Shown here one piece after another: positions 10,963-21,287 of a stretch of 64,000 nt of DNA (position 1 is its first letter; each line of letters begins with the position of its first letter). The translations under genes were made by a program, and so were the position numbers. The notes beneath the pieces are model-generated. The model did no database searches, was not told where the DNA came from, and was given only the letters and a program-made list of their open reading frames with translations. Location of the stretch: NCBI GenBank assembly GCA_903864315.1, contig CAIPFK010000100.1, positions 7,728-71,727 of the forward strand, given 5' to 3'. Source of the stretch: an uncultured Burkholderiales bacterium (GTDB lineage Bacteria > Pseudomonadota > Gammaproteobacteria > Burkholderiales > Burkholderiaceae_C).

Positions 10963-11949
10963 ATGACCATGACCACGAGCAACATCAAACTCAGTTTTGC
11001 CTGTGCACTGTATGACCGCATGCAGCCTCTGTATACCGGTGAGGTCAAACCTGAAGGGATCGATTTGGAGTTTTTGCGAATCGAAGCGCCCAGAGTTATT
11101 TTTGACAACATGGCTGGCAAACAAGCGTATGACTTGAGCGAGATGTCGAGCTCGGAGTTCATCTGCAGGATCAGCGCTGGCGACGACAGTTTTGTCGCTT
11201 TGCCTGTCTTCCCGTCTCGTGCCTTTCGCCACAGTTTCATCGCCATTCATGAGGGCAGTGGGATTCGCTCATCCAAAGACTTGGCTGGCAAACGCATCGG
11301 CGTGCCCTTGTACACCATGACGGCGGCCATTTGGATACGGGGGTTTTTGGCCAATGATCACGGCGTGGATTTGAGTGGTGTCACGTGGGTCCAAGGCTCG
11401 ATCAATTCAGCTTCAAGCCATGGCTCGCCCTCAGTCATGCCCATGCACAGGCCTGTTCCCATTGAGCTCAACCACAGTGGCAAATCCTTGAGCGAGCTTT
11501 TGGACACGGGTGAGATCGATGCGATCATGGGCACCACCATGCCCGATTGCATGAAGCACAACCCCAGAGTGGTGAGGCTTTTTCCTCAGTTCCGACAAGC
11601 TGAGAAAGCGTATTACCAAAGGACCCAAATTTTCCCCATCATGCATTTGGTGGCAATCAAGCGCAGTACTTATGAGCGCCATCCCCACATTGCAAAACCC
11701 TTGTTCGATGCCTTCAACCAATCCAAGGAGGTCGCGCTTCAGCGAATGAAAAATCTGGCGGCACTTCGCTACATGTTGCCATGGTTGAGCGATGACTTGG
11801 ATGAGATACAACAACTATTTGGTGATGATCCTTGGCCCTATGGTGTGCAGGCCAATTTGCCCACGCTCAATGCGCTCTTGGAGCACATGGTCGAGCAAGG
11901 CGTGATCGCTCAACCAATACCCATTGAAGATCTCTTTTTGCCAGTTTGA
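10963..11949 (+). CDS. 4,5-dihydroxyphthalate decarboxylase-like / PBP2-fold protein
   Basis: YDR...GEVKPEG, ALPVFPSRAFRHS, YTMTAAIW, IFPIMH, DPWPYG. Confidence 0.8.
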   Translation: MTMTTSNIKLSFACALYDRMQPLYTGEVKPEGIDLEFLRIEAPRVIFDNMAGKQAYDLSEMSSSEFICRISAGDDSFVALPVFPSRAFRHSFIAIHEGSGIRSSKDLAGKRIGVPLYTMTAAIWIRGFLANDHGVDLSGVTWVQGSINSASSHGSPSVMPMHRPVPIELNHSGKSLSELLDTGEIDAIMGTTMPDCMKHNPRVVRLFPQFRQAEKAYYQRTQIFPIMHLVAIKRSTYERHPHIAKPLFDAFNQSKEVALQRMKNLAALRYMLPWLSDDLDEIQQLFGDDPWPYGVQANLPTLNALLEHMVEQGVIAQPIPIEDLFLPV

Positions 11950-12027
11950 TGTGTTTTTTTGGGTTCCAAGTTCAACTTCAAAGCCAATTTCAATTTCAAT
12001 TTCAATTTCACTAATCCATTCAATTCA

Positions 12028-13002
12028 ATGAGTCACGCCATGACCCTCGACTCCCACATCGACTTTGATGCCGCCAAGAGCTTGGAGGAACTGCACGCCA
12101 TGCTCGAGTTGGTGAAGATGAAAAACGGCTGGGCCAAACCCACGCCCTCTTTGTACCCTGAGCCCAAGCGTGTTTTTGTGCCAGCGCATTGGCAATTCAA
12201 GCACGCGCGTGCAGCCTTGCACACGGCGGGACGTTTGGTGAGCACCGAACACGCTGAGCGCAGAAACCTCATCATGGCCAACCCAATCCCTGGCAACGAT
12301 TACGCCACCGTTTCCACCTTGGTGGGGGCCTATCAAATGGTCAAAGCCGGAGAGATTGCTCGCAGTCACCGCCACTCACCCAACGCCATGCGCGTCATCT
12401 TGGAGGGGAGTGAAAACGCGTACACCGTGGTCGATGGGCAAGCGGTCCCCATGATGAATGGCGATGTGCTGTTGACCCCCAATGGTTGCTATCACGGGCA
12501 CGACAACCAAAGTGAGCATGATGCGTATTGGATTGATTTCTTGGATGTGCCCTTGGTTCAGTTTTTGGGTCCGATGTTTTTTCAAATCCATCCCCACCAG
12601 CTCCAAGCCTCTGGCGTGATCAATGCCAAATCGGCCATGCGTTTTGCGTTTGCCGATTATGTGCCCGAGTTGCTGCATCGCTCGACCGAGGCCTCAGGGG
12701 TGAAGTTGATGGAGTTGGGCCCCCCCAGACTGTGCAGTTTTGACCGATTTGTGGTTTCATTGGAAGCCAAACAAGACTGGCGTTGCCCCAAAACCACCGC
12801 CAATCACCTTTTTGTGGTGTTGCAAGGCCAAGGCGTGACGCGAGTGGAGGGGCGTGAGTTCAACTGGCAACGAGGTGACATGATGGCCGTTCCCAGTTGG
12901 TACGAGCACGAGCACATGGCCCATGAGAAAAGCCTGCTGCTCAGGGTCTCGGATTTGCCGCTGTTGAAGATGCTCAATTGGGATCACTTTGATCTGTCTT
13001 GA
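12028..13002 (+). CDS. Gentisate 1,2-dioxygenase-like cupin ring-cleavage dioxygenase
   Basis: AERRNLIMANP, HRHSPNAMR, LLTP..YHGH, WIDFLDVPL. Confidence 0.85.
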   Translation: MSHAMTLDSHIDFDAAKSLEELHAMLELVKMKNGWAKPTPSLYPEPKRVFVPAHWQFKHARAALHTAGRLVSTEHAERRNLIMANPIPGNDYATVSTLVGAYQMVKAGEIARSHRHSPNAMRVILEGSENAYTVVDGQAVPMMNGDVLLTPNGCYHGHDNQSEHDAYWIDFLDVPLVQFLGPMFFQIHPHQLQASGVINAKSAMRFAFADYVPELLHRSTEASGVKLMELGPPRLCSFDRFVVSLEAKQDWRCPKTTANHLFVVLQGQGVTRVEGREFNWQRGDMMAVPSWYEHEHMAHEKSLLLRVSDLPLLKMLNWDHFDLS

Positions 13003-13089
13003 ATTGCATCTTCATTTCTAGCCGTAAACACCAATGGCCAGGCAAGCTTCAAGCCCATAAACTTTGCAAGAGTTCATTCAAAAGTCAAC

Positions 13090-14070
13090 ATGAAAAAAAT
13101 CCTCCCTTTTTACCTGGGTGCCCTGTGGGCGATCCTCTGGAGCCTATCCTCGCTGTCGCACGCGCAAACCTATCCTGATCGGCCCGTGAAAATTGTGGTC
13201 TCGTTGACTGCGGGTGCGACGAATGACCTGATTGCGCGCATGTTGGCCCACAAACTGACAGACGTGCTCAAGGGCTCCTTCATTGTGGAAAACCGAGCCG
13301 GTGCTGCGGGGACCTTGGCGGCGGGTTATGTGGCCCATGAAGCACCCGATGGCTACACTTTGCTGCTGGGCAACACCAGCACGTTGGCCATTCATTCAAG
13401 CTTGTTCAACAATTTGAATTACGACCCCGCCCGTGACTTTCAAGCTATTTCATTGGTGGCCGAGTCCCCATGTGTGCTGGTGATCAATTCCAGTTTGCCA
13501 GTCAAAACCCTTAAAGAGTTTGTCGCCTACGTCAAGACCCATCCCAATCAAGTGGCCTATGGCTCACCGGGCTTGGGGTCTCCGTTTCATCTGTCGGGCG
13601 AGTTGCTCAATTTGCAAACCGACATTCGCATGTTGCATGTGCCCTACAAGGGCGCTGCACCAGCACTCGTCGATTTGTTGGGCGGACAAATTCAAGCCAT
13701 GTTTGACAATCCCCCCAACTTGCTGAGTCACTTGAAGGCTGGACGCTTGAGGGCTTTGAGTGTGACCTCGGACACGCGCATTGCACAGCTCCCCGATGTG
13801 CCCACCATGGCGGAGTCGGGATTTCCCAACGCGCAGTCGACCTCATTTTTTGCATTGGTGGGCCCCAAAGGCATGAACCCCAATTTGGTGAGCACCTTGA
13901 ACCAAGCGGTGGTTCAAGCCATGAAAGACACGCCCATGCAGTCGCAGTTTTTGGAGCTGGGTGCCAATCCGATGACCCTGAGTCCTGCACAAACGACCAG
14001 TTACTTGGATGGACAAGTTCAAAAATGGGCCAAAGTGGTCAAAGCGTCTGGTGTCAAAGCCGAGCAATGA
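13090..14070 (+). CDS. Bug/TctC substrate-binding protein
   Basis: YPDRPVKIVV, ENRAGAAG, PDGYT, HVPYKG. Confidence 0.92.
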   Translation: MKKILPFYLGALWAILWSLSSLSHAQTYPDRPVKIVVSLTAGATNDLIARMLAHKLTDVLKGSFIVENRAGAAGTLAAGYVAHEAPDGYTLLLGNTSTLAIHSSLFNNLNYDPARDFQAISLVAESPCVLVINSSLPVKTLKEFVAYVKTHPNQVAYGSPGLGSPFHLSGELLNLQTDIRMLHVPYKGAAPALVDLLGGQIQAMFDNPPNLLSHLKAGRLRALSVTSDTRIAQLPDVPTMAESGFPNAQSTSFFALVGPKGMNPNLVSTLNQAVVQAMKDTPMQSQFLELGANPMTLSPAQTTSYLDGQVQKWAKVVKASGVKAEQ

Positions 14071-14090
14071 TGGTTTGAAACGAGGTTTGA

Positions 14091-15074
14091 ATGTTGATGA
14101 AATTTCTTGTGATTCGCTTCCCCCTATGCCTATTGGCTTTGAGTTGGACCGTCTGGGCTGCCAGCAGTTGGGCTCAAGAGGTTTGGCCCAATCGCCCCGT
14201 CAAGCTCGTGGTCTCATCTTCTGCTGGTGGTGGGACCGACATGTATGCCCGACTCTTGAGTCAGGCTTTGGGAGATGCATTCAAGCAGCAATTCATTGTT
14301 GAAAACCGCCCTGGTGCGAGTGGCAACATTGGCGCCGCTTTTGTGGCGCATTCGCCCCCCGATGGTTACACCTTTTTGGTCTCTGCCAACACGGCACTCA
14401 CCATCAACGGCAGTCTTTATAAAAATTTGTCCTACGATGCGGACAAAGACTTTGTGCCCATTGCGCGTGTCGTGGGGCCTTTGGTCTTGGTGGTGCCGCA
14501 GGGCAGCCCCATCAAAAGCGTTCAAGCCTTGATCGAGGCTGGCAAAAAAGACCCAGCACAACTCTCGTTTGGATCTGCTGGCACCGGCAGCACCACGTAT
14601 TTGGGAGTGAGGATGCTCGAGGAAAAAACCGGTGCGCAGTTTTTGCACGTGCCTTACAAAGGGGTTGCCCCGGCCTATCAGGATTTGCTCGCTGGCCAGA
14701 TCAAGTTCATGTTGCCTGACACCGCCTCGTCCTTGGCCTTGGTCAACTCGGGCAAACTGGTTGCCTTGGCCAGCGAATACAAGACGCCCTCGTTTCCCAA
14801 GTTGCCGACCTTTGCCGATGTTGGACTCTCCGGTGTCAATACCCACAGCTCCTTTAGCTTAGTGGCCCCGAGTGCAACACCCGTCGCCATCGTTCAAACC
14901 ATACATCAAAGTTTGAACTTGTTGGCACAAAACAAAGCTTTTTCATCAAAACTGCAAGAACAAGGCTTGATGACCGAGATCATCGAATTGTCTGCCTTGG
15001 CCGCCTCGATGAGACTCGAGCGCAATGAATATGCCGATTTGATCAAGCGCAACCGCATCGAACCCAGCGATTAG
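14091..15074 (+). CDS. Bug/TctC substrate-binding protein
   Basis: WPNRPVKLVV, ENRPGASG, PDGYT, HVPYKG. Confidence 0.9.
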   Translation: MLMKFLVIRFPLCLLALSWTVWAASSWAQEVWPNRPVKLVVSSSAGGGTDMYARLLSQALGDAFKQQFIVENRPGASGNIGAAFVAHSPPDGYTFLVSANTALTINGSLYKNLSYDADKDFVPIARVVGPLVLVVPQGSPIKSVQALIEAGKKDPAQLSFGSAGTGSTTYLGVRMLEEKTGAQFLHVPYKGVAPAYQDLLAGQIKFMLPDTASSLALVNSGKLVALASEYKTPSFPKLPTFADVGLSGVNTHSSFSLVAPSATPVAIVQTIHQSLNLLAQNKAFSSKLQEQGLMTEIIELSALAASMRLERNEYADLIKRNRIEPSD

Positions 15075-15125
15075 GTCTTGGCCGCTGAAGGGCTGAGAGG
15101 GTGAACGGCCTGAAAGTTTCTTGCA

Positions 15126-16181
15126 TTAAAAGCCTGTTGCTTGGCGTGTTTTGGGCGTGCCGTCTGCATTGAAAAAACGGGTGGCCATGACTTGGCAGCG
15201 GTGGATGTATCGGGGTTCATCGGGCGTGTAGTCGGCCACCGCATTGTGAATGGTGCCAAAGTTGTCCCACATCAACACATCGCCCTCTTGCCAAACATGC
15301 TGATAACGAAAACGAGGCTGGAGTTGGTGTTCAAAGAGATGGGCCAAGGCCACATCGCTTTGTGACTGCTCCATTTCATTGATGCGTGTGGCATAACCCG
15401 GATTGGCATAGAGTACTTTTTCGTGCGTGATGGGATGCTCCATGACCAAGGGGTGATTCACTGGGGGTTTGCTGGCCTTTTGTTGTGCTGTCAAGGGCGG
15501 GCGAGTGCTGCCTTTTTCAAAACGCATTTTGTTCCAAAATTTCTCAAAGTCATGCGTGGCCGTACAACCGTCCAAGGTTTCTTTCCACTTGTCGCTCAAG
15601 CTTTGGTAGGCGCTTTTCATACAACTGAATTCGGTGTTGCCCAAGCTCACACCATCTCGCACGGGGATCTGTATGCCGTGAAGCACATTGGAGAAGGCAA
15701 TCATGCGGCTGTAAGACATGTCGGTGTGCCAGTCTTGGCCCGCATCGGCGATACCCACCGCTACGCCGTCCTTTTTCATGTTCGATAAAATCATCACCTC
15801 TGGTATACCGGGTGCTTGGTACATGTTGGCGACATTGATCTCGAGCTCACCAAAATTGGCGCTGAAGTCTTTGAGCCCTTGCGCGCTCAAGTTTTGTTTT
15901 GAAAAACTGATCACACCGTATTGCCCCAGGGCCATGATGATGGCGCGAACCTCCAAGTCTTGCATGGGTCGGGACAAGTCAAATCCATCAATGCGAGCAC
16001 CGAGTATTTGACCCGTGGGCGTCAAGGTCCAGTTGGGTGTGCCTTGCGCTTTGCCAGGTGATGGGTGAGTTGAGCGCGATGCATTGCTGTAATGGCTTGA
16101 GTTCATGGAATTCATGTTGATCACTTTGCGAGTGGCTGCGATGGTGATTTTATCGGGTATGTTGGCGTGGCTCTTACTCAT
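15126..16181 (-). CDS. TauD/TfdA Fe(II)/2-oxoglutarate dioxygenase
   Basis: WHTD (HxD), WDN..TIH, C-terminal RxxxR; true start may be downstream. Confidence 0.9.
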   Translation of the reverse strand: MSKSHANIPDKITIAATRKVINMNSMNSSHYSNASRSTHPSPGKAQGTPNWTLTPTGQILGARIDGFDLSRPMQDLEVRAIIMALGQYGVISFSKQNLSAQGLKDFSANFGELEINVANMYQAPGIPEVMILSNMKKDGVAVGIADAGQDWHTDMSYSRMIAFSNVLHGIQIPVRDGVSLGNTEFSCMKSAYQSLSDKWKETLDGCTATHDFEKFWNKMRFEKGSTRPPLTAQQKASKPPVNHPLVMEHPITHEKVLYANPGYATRINEMEQSQSDVALAHLFEHQLQPRFRYQHVWQEGDVLMWDNFGTIHNAVADYTPDEPRYIHRCQVMATRFFNADGTPKTRQATGF

Positions 16182-17301
16182 CTTTGATGCTGGCGGTTTT
16201 GATCAATTGGCTCCAACGGGCATGGTCTTCTTTGAGCCACAATTTGTACTCTGTCGGACTGGACGCCACGACCACACCACCGAGTCCCTTTAATTTTTGC
16301 TCAATGGCGGGCTTGAGCAAGGTGGCTCTGATGGCAGTCGAGAGTTTATCGAGCACTGCAGTGGGAGTGCCATTGGGGGCCACAAAACCCACTGGACCCA
16401 CATACTCGTCAAAGCCCGGAAAGCCCGATTCGGTCATGGTGGGCACGTTGGGCACATCGGGGTAGCGCTTGGGCGTGGTGACCGCCAGGATGCGAATTTG
16501 TTTTTGCGTCTCATGCTCGATCACGCCAATCATGGGGTAGAACATGAAATCCACGCGCCCTGACATCACCTCCGTCATCGCTGGCGCATTGCCTTTGAAG
16601 GGGACGTGCAGCATTTTGCTCTGTGTCATGGTCTCCAGTAGAGCGGCCGACAAGTGTGCCGATCCACCGTTGCCAGCCGAGCCAAAACTCACCGCTTCGG
16701 TCTTGGTTTTTGCCTTCGCCACCAAATCGGTCACGGTTTTGAAGGGGCTGTTGTAACCCACGATCAGGTATTGTGGCAAAGCGACGGCCAAGGTGATCGG
16801 GGCAAAGTCTCGCACAGGGTCGTATTTCACACGGCCTTGGCCCACAATTGCATTCACATTCAAGGACAAGGTGTTGACCAAAAGGGTGTAGCCGTCGGCT
16901 GGTGCGGCGGCTACACTTTCGGTGGCGATATTGCCATTGGCCCCCAGCTTGTTGTCGATGAGCACAGCTTGCCCCAAGCTGTTCGCCAAATCGATCGCCA
17001 CAATGCGTGCGATCACATCGGTCGGTCCTCCGGCAGAATAACCGACCACCAATTTGATGGGTTTTGCAGGGAAGTCGCCCAACGTTTGAGCGCTGGCCAT
17101 TGACAAATGCCCACCCACGAGGGCAACACTGGCCATGAGACCCATGCATTTCAAAACCCATGGGGTTGAGCGGGATTCAGTCTTGAATGCCAGTCCTCGC
17201 GTGGCGGGTGGGTTCATCGCGGCTGGGGTGTGCAGCCGGTTGTGCAGCTTGGTGCTCATGTAGGCGTTCATACAGGCGTTCATGCAGGCGTTCATGTTCA
17301 T
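16174..17301 (-). CDS. Bug/TctC substrate-binding protein
   Basis: FPAKPIKLVVGYSAGGPTD, ADGYT, HVPFKG; start uncertain because of repeated ATGs. Confidence 0.9.
   Translation of the reverse strand: MNMNACMNACMNAYMSTKLHNRLHTPAAMNPPATRGLAFKTESRSTPWVLKCMGLMASVALVGGHLSMASAQTLGDFPAKPIKLVVGYSAGGPTDVIARIVAIDLANSLGQAVLIDNKLGANGNIATESVAAAPADGYTLLVNTLSLNVNAIVGQGRVKYDPVRDFAPITLAVALPQYLIVGYNSPFKTVTDLVAKAKTKTEAVSFGSAGNGGSAHLSAALLETMTQSKMLHVPFKGNAPAMTEVMSGRVDFMFYPMIGVIEHETQKQIRILAVTTPKRYPDVPNVPTMTESGFPGFDEYVGPVGFVAPNGTPTAVLDKLSTAIRATLLKPAIEQKLKGLGGVVVASSPTEYKLWLKEDHARWSQLIKTASIKDE
17260..17295 (-). repeat. 12-bp tandem repeat x3 (ATGAACGCCTRY) at the 5' end of a bug gene
   Basis: gtaggcgttcat acaggcgttcat gcaggcgttcat on the + strand. 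Confidence 0.8.
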
Positions 17302-17348
17302 CGTGTCTCTCTTTTTTTGAAGTGAAGGGTACAGTCAATCAAGTTTGA

Positions 17349-18536
17349 TCAGGCGTTGAGCTCAATCAAATCGGAGGTGAGTTCTTGCACATTCTTTGCG
17401 CCGCACAGTTGCAACGTGCGTTTGAACTCCTCGGCCAAAATGTCCAATGCTCTTTGTGCGCCACTCTCGGCGGCACTCACGCTGCCATAAAGACTCGCTC
17501 GCCCAAGGAGCACACCACTCGCTCCGACTGCCAGGGCGGCGGCCACATCAGCACCGCGGCGAATCCCACCATCAAGCCACACCGGTAGGGTCTGACCCAC
17601 CGCTTGGACAATGGAGGGCAAGGCGTGAAGGCTGGCGATGGCGCCATCGAGCTGGCGCCCGCCATGGTTGGAGACGACGATGGCGTCCACGCCAAGACGC
17701 GCAATTTGAAGCGCATCATCGGGCCTTAAGATGCCTTTGACAATGAGTTTGCCCCTCCAGCGTTGTCGCACCTCGGCCAGTCTTTGGACATCAAACGCGG
17801 CATCGTAACTTCGACCAACCGTTGACGCGAGTTTCTTAAACGCATCGCGGTTGATGGGGTTCGCGCTCTTGGAGCCCTCCAAGTTCACCAGGGTCGGGAA
17901 CCCGTGCTGCCAATGGCGCAGAAGCCACAGCGGGTGCTGTGCCATGTCGAGCATATTTTTTGGGGTCAACCGAAATGGAATGGCAAAGTGATTGTGAAAG
18001 TCGCGCTCGCGTTTGCCGCCCACGGGTAAATCAACAGTGATCACCAAGGCTTCAAAGTGGGCTGCCCTAGCGCGCTCAATCATGCTCCAAAAATGATCCT
18101 GGTCTTTCAAAATATAGGCCTGAAACCACAATCGTCCTGGAGCATGCTTTGCAATGTCTTCGATGCTGGTGGTGGCGCTGCTCGAGAGTGTGTACGGGAT
18201 GCCGTGAGACGCTGCCGCCTTTGCCAGCGCCAAATCCGCACCCGGGTGCCCAAAACCCAGGCCTCCCGTGGGGCCAATCCCCATGGGCAGGCCCAAAGGG
18301 CTGCCAAAGAGCGAGCTCTCAAGGCTCACTTGGCTCACATCTCGCAAGGTGTGCGGGCGCCATCGCACCTGTGCAAAGGCGGCTTCATTGGCCCGCAGGG
18401 TGTTTTCGTGTTCAGCACCGCCATCAAAAAACTCAAAAACCCCCTTGGGCAAGCGTCGTTTGGCCAAGAGCCTCAAGTCAGCAATGCTGTAGCAAGACGA
18501 TAAATCGGTGATTCGGTGATTCATGGGTGAGGTCAC
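17349..18536 (-). CDS. FMN-dependent alpha-hydroxy acid dehydrogenase (LldD/MdlB family)
   Basis: WFQAY, TVD, IVKG, SNHGGRQLDG, DGGIRRGAD. Confidence 0.92.
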   Translation of the reverse strand: MTSPMNHRITDLSSCYSIADLRLLAKRRLPKGVFEFFDGGAEHENTLRANEAAFAQVRWRPHTLRDVSQVSLESSLFGSPLGLPMGIGPTGGLGFGHPGADLALAKAAASHGIPYTLSSSATTSIEDIAKHAPGRLWFQAYILKDQDHFWSMIERARAAHFEALVITVDLPVGGKRERDFHNHFAIPFRLTPKNMLDMAQHPLWLLRHWQHGFPTLVNLEGSKSANPINRDAFKKLASTVGRSYDAAFDVQRLAEVRQRWRGKLIVKGILRPDDALQIARLGVDAIVVSNHGGRQLDGAIASLHALPSIVQAVGQTLPVWLDGGIRRGADVAAALAVGASGVLLGRASLYGSVSAAESGAQRALDILAEEFKRTLQLCGAKNVQELTSDLIELNA

Positions 18537-18614
18537 TGCTTGGGGTCACTGTGTGGTGATGTGGTTCAACTTCGCTTGTCCTTCAAGATGACATGACCTA
18601 TGGGGTGGGTTGCA

Positions 18615-19172
18615 TCATGGGGCCAGGGCTGAGATGAGCACAAAGCAAATCGTGCAAGACTCTTCACTGCGATTGCTCCAGGCGTGGTGAGTTCCGCGTT
18701 GCACCAAGCAGTCTCCCGTCTTCAAGAGCACCTCCTCGCGGTCCAAGACGGCATAGATTTCACCCTTGACTATGACCGCGTAATCGATGGTCTGGGTCTT
18801 GTGCATTCCTGGGTGCGCTTTGTGCGGATCCAGACTCGTGTCCACGCCCATGCTGGCAAAGTGAGCTTTGGAATCCATCTTTTTTAATCGAATGGCGTCG
18901 GGTGGGTACTCAATCAGGCGAAACACACTGCCACCCACATCGGGCTCAATCATTTGAACTTGCCGAGCCTGATCCTCTTGTCCAGTCAGCTGAGCGGGTG
19001 TTTCATGGGTTTCCCAGAGCTCGGTGAGTTTGAGTCCTCCCGCTTTGTGAAGAATTTTCGTCTCCGCCCCATGGTCATTGAAGATCACGATGGAGCGTCC
19101 CTCTCGGTCGTGGCCAGTCACGATGCGTTTGGGTCTGGGGTTGGGTTGGGTGTTGAGGTCAGGTGGGGTCAT
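18615..19172 (-). CDS. Cupin domain protein (cytoplasmic)
   Basis: RIVTGHD..GRS, MHKTQTIDY, VQRGTHHAWSN. Confidence 0.85.
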   Translation of the reverse strand: MTPPDLNTQPNPRPKRIVTGHDREGRSIVIFNDHGAETKILHKAGGLKLTELWETHETPAQLTGQEDQARQVQMIEPDVGGSVFRLIEYPPDAIRLKKMDSKAHFASMGVDTSLDPHKAHPGMHKTQTIDYAVIVKGEIYAVLDREEVLLKTGDCLVQRGTHHAWSNRSEESCTICFVLISALAP

Positions 19173-19435
19173 GAGGGGTCCGGGGCGGCCAGCCCCACGC
19201 CATGGGAGCCAGAAGAGTTGACGAGCAAATGTTGTGTGGGTCACCAAGGGTGGCCCAGCCAACCATGCCAAATATCAGGGCAATTTAAACGCTTCTGTGA
19301 ACGTTGTCTATTGGGACAGTTACTGAACTTCTAGGGCCTTGTATCTTTCAGTTTGAGTTGATAATTTGGGGCTTGCGTCGCTGATTGCTGGTCTTTGACC
19401 AAAGCCGACCCAACCATCCACCCACGAGACAGACC

Positions 19436-21157
19436 ATGCCATCTCAAACCATAGAAATTCAGGGTAAACGCGGACCTTTCGTCATGGAGCGCAACGTTCA
19501 AATTCCCATGCGCGATGGCGCCAACTTGTTTGCCAACCTTTACCGCTCGACACTCTCGGGTGCTCAGCCCGTGGTGCTCAGCTTGGGGCCCTACGGTAAG
19601 GACGTGCATTTGAGTCAGTTCATGCCCCCAGCGTTTGAGGAGCTCAAAGCCCGTTGTCCTGTAGTCACGGCCAACTCGACCCTTCAGCACTTGGTGTTTG
19701 AGACGCCCGATCCAGAGTCCTGGGTCTATGAGGGCTACCATGTCCTCAAAATCGATTCTCGCGGAGCAGGCAAATCGCCTGGCATGCTCGATGTCAATTC
19801 ACCCGCGGAGTTCCAAGACTTGTACGACGCCATTGAATGGGCCGGTGTTCAGGCCTGGTGTAACGGCCGAGTTGGATTGCTTGGCATTTCCTACTACGCT
19901 GCCGGGCAATGGATGATCGCATCTTTGAAGCCTCCCCATTTGGCCGCCATCGTGCCTTGGCAAGGCGCCTCAGACTTTTACCGTGATCGCACCCGACAAG
20001 GCGGTATTTTTGGCAGTGGATTTGCCAAACGGTGGTGGACTCGCAGCGTTCTTCGAAACCAATATGCAAACCCAGACTCACCCTTTGTGGACATCGTCAC
20101 GGGTGAGCGCAATACGGGGCCTGCGGTCTTGGATGCAGCCGCCTTAGAGAGCAAGCGCAAAGACTACATCGGTCAGATTTTGGCTCACCCCTTGGACGAT
20201 GCCTTTTACCGAGCGCGCAGTCCGAATTTTGACCAGATCGACATTCCTGCACTCGTGGTGGCCAATTACGGGGGCTTGGGTCTGCATTTGAGGGGCACGG
20301 TGGAGGGCTTTTTAAACATCGCCTCCAAAGACAAGTGGCTCAAAGTTCAATCGGGTTCTTATTTTCTGACATTTTTGATGCCTGAAAATGTGAAGCTGCA
20401 GCAGCGGTTTTTTGACCGATATTTAAAGCAACTCGACAACGGTTGGGAGCGCGAGTCGCGCGTTGAAGTGAGTATGAGGTCAGTCATTGACGGTGTAGAG
20501 GGCAACTTGACGGGTGCGAGTTGGCCACTGGAAGGCACGAAGTGGACCACACTGTATTTGAGTGGCAAGCGCTTGAGCCCAAGCTTGCCCACGCAGGCTG
20601 ATCGCCATGACTACAGCGCTTGGTCTGAGGGGGTGAGTTTTGAGTTGGGGCCCTTGCAAGAAGACTTGCGCTTTGCCGGCCCCGCTGTGGCCAAGCTGTT
20701 CGTGTCTTCAAGTACTCGGGATATGGACTTGTTTGTCACCTTGCGAGCGTTTGATGAAGCCGGCACAGAAGTGACCTTCTTCAGTGCCACTGAACCACGC
20801 TCTCCCGTGAGTCAAGGCTGGCTGAGGGTCTCACAGCGTGCCTTGGACCCCGTCAAGACCTTGCCCCATCGACCCTACCACACACATCAAACCACGGAAT
20901 TACTCAATCCTCATGAAGTCTACGCGGTCGAGGTGGAGATTTGGCCCTCGAGCTTGCACTTGCCCAAAGGGTACCGCTTGATCTTGTGTGTGCAGGGGCA
21001 AGACTTTGAGCGATTGAACGAAGTCGGGGAGCAACGTGGCTCGGGTTGGTTCTTGCACAATGACCCCCAAGACCGGCCGCAAGCGATTTTTGACACCCAG
21101 TGCAGCATCTATTCAAGCCCAGAGCACCCCAGTTATCTGCTGCTGCCCGTCATTTGA
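19436..21157 (+). CDS. CocE/NonD family hydrolase
   Basis: IPMRDG, PYGK, DSRGAGKSPG, GISYYA nucleophile motif, C-terminal jelly-roll GWLRVS. Confidence 0.9.
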   Translation: MPSQTIEIQGKRGPFVMERNVQIPMRDGANLFANLYRSTLSGAQPVVLSLGPYGKDVHLSQFMPPAFEELKARCPVVTANSTLQHLVFETPDPESWVYEGYHVLKIDSRGAGKSPGMLDVNSPAEFQDLYDAIEWAGVQAWCNGRVGLLGISYYAAGQWMIASLKPPHLAAIVPWQGASDFYRDRTRQGGIFGSGFAKRWWTRSVLRNQYANPDSPFVDIVTGERNTGPAVLDAAALESKRKDYIGQILAHPLDDAFYRARSPNFDQIDIPALVVANYGGLGLHLRGTVEGFLNIASKDKWLKVQSGSYFLTFLMPENVKLQQRFFDRYLKQLDNGWERESRVEVSMRSVIDGVEGNLTGASWPLEGTKWTTLYLSGKRLSPSLPTQADRHDYSAWSEGVSFELGPLQEDLRFAGPAVAKLFVSSSTRDMDLFVTLRAFDEAGTEVTFFSATEPRSPVSQGWLRVSQRALDPVKTLPHRPYHTHQTTELLNPHEVYAVEVEIWPSSLHLPKGYRLILCVQGQDFERLNEVGEQRGSGWFLHNDPQDRPQAIFDTQCSIYSSPEHPSYLLLPVI

Positions 21158-21287
21158 GTCGGCACTGTGCGCGCAAACACTTTACCCGCAGATTTGAGGG
21201 CCCTCCCAGATTGCCTCACACTCAGTATTTGTATCATGGACAAACAAGAAGTCATCGAGTATCTTCATCCTTTTTAGGCAGACCCAC

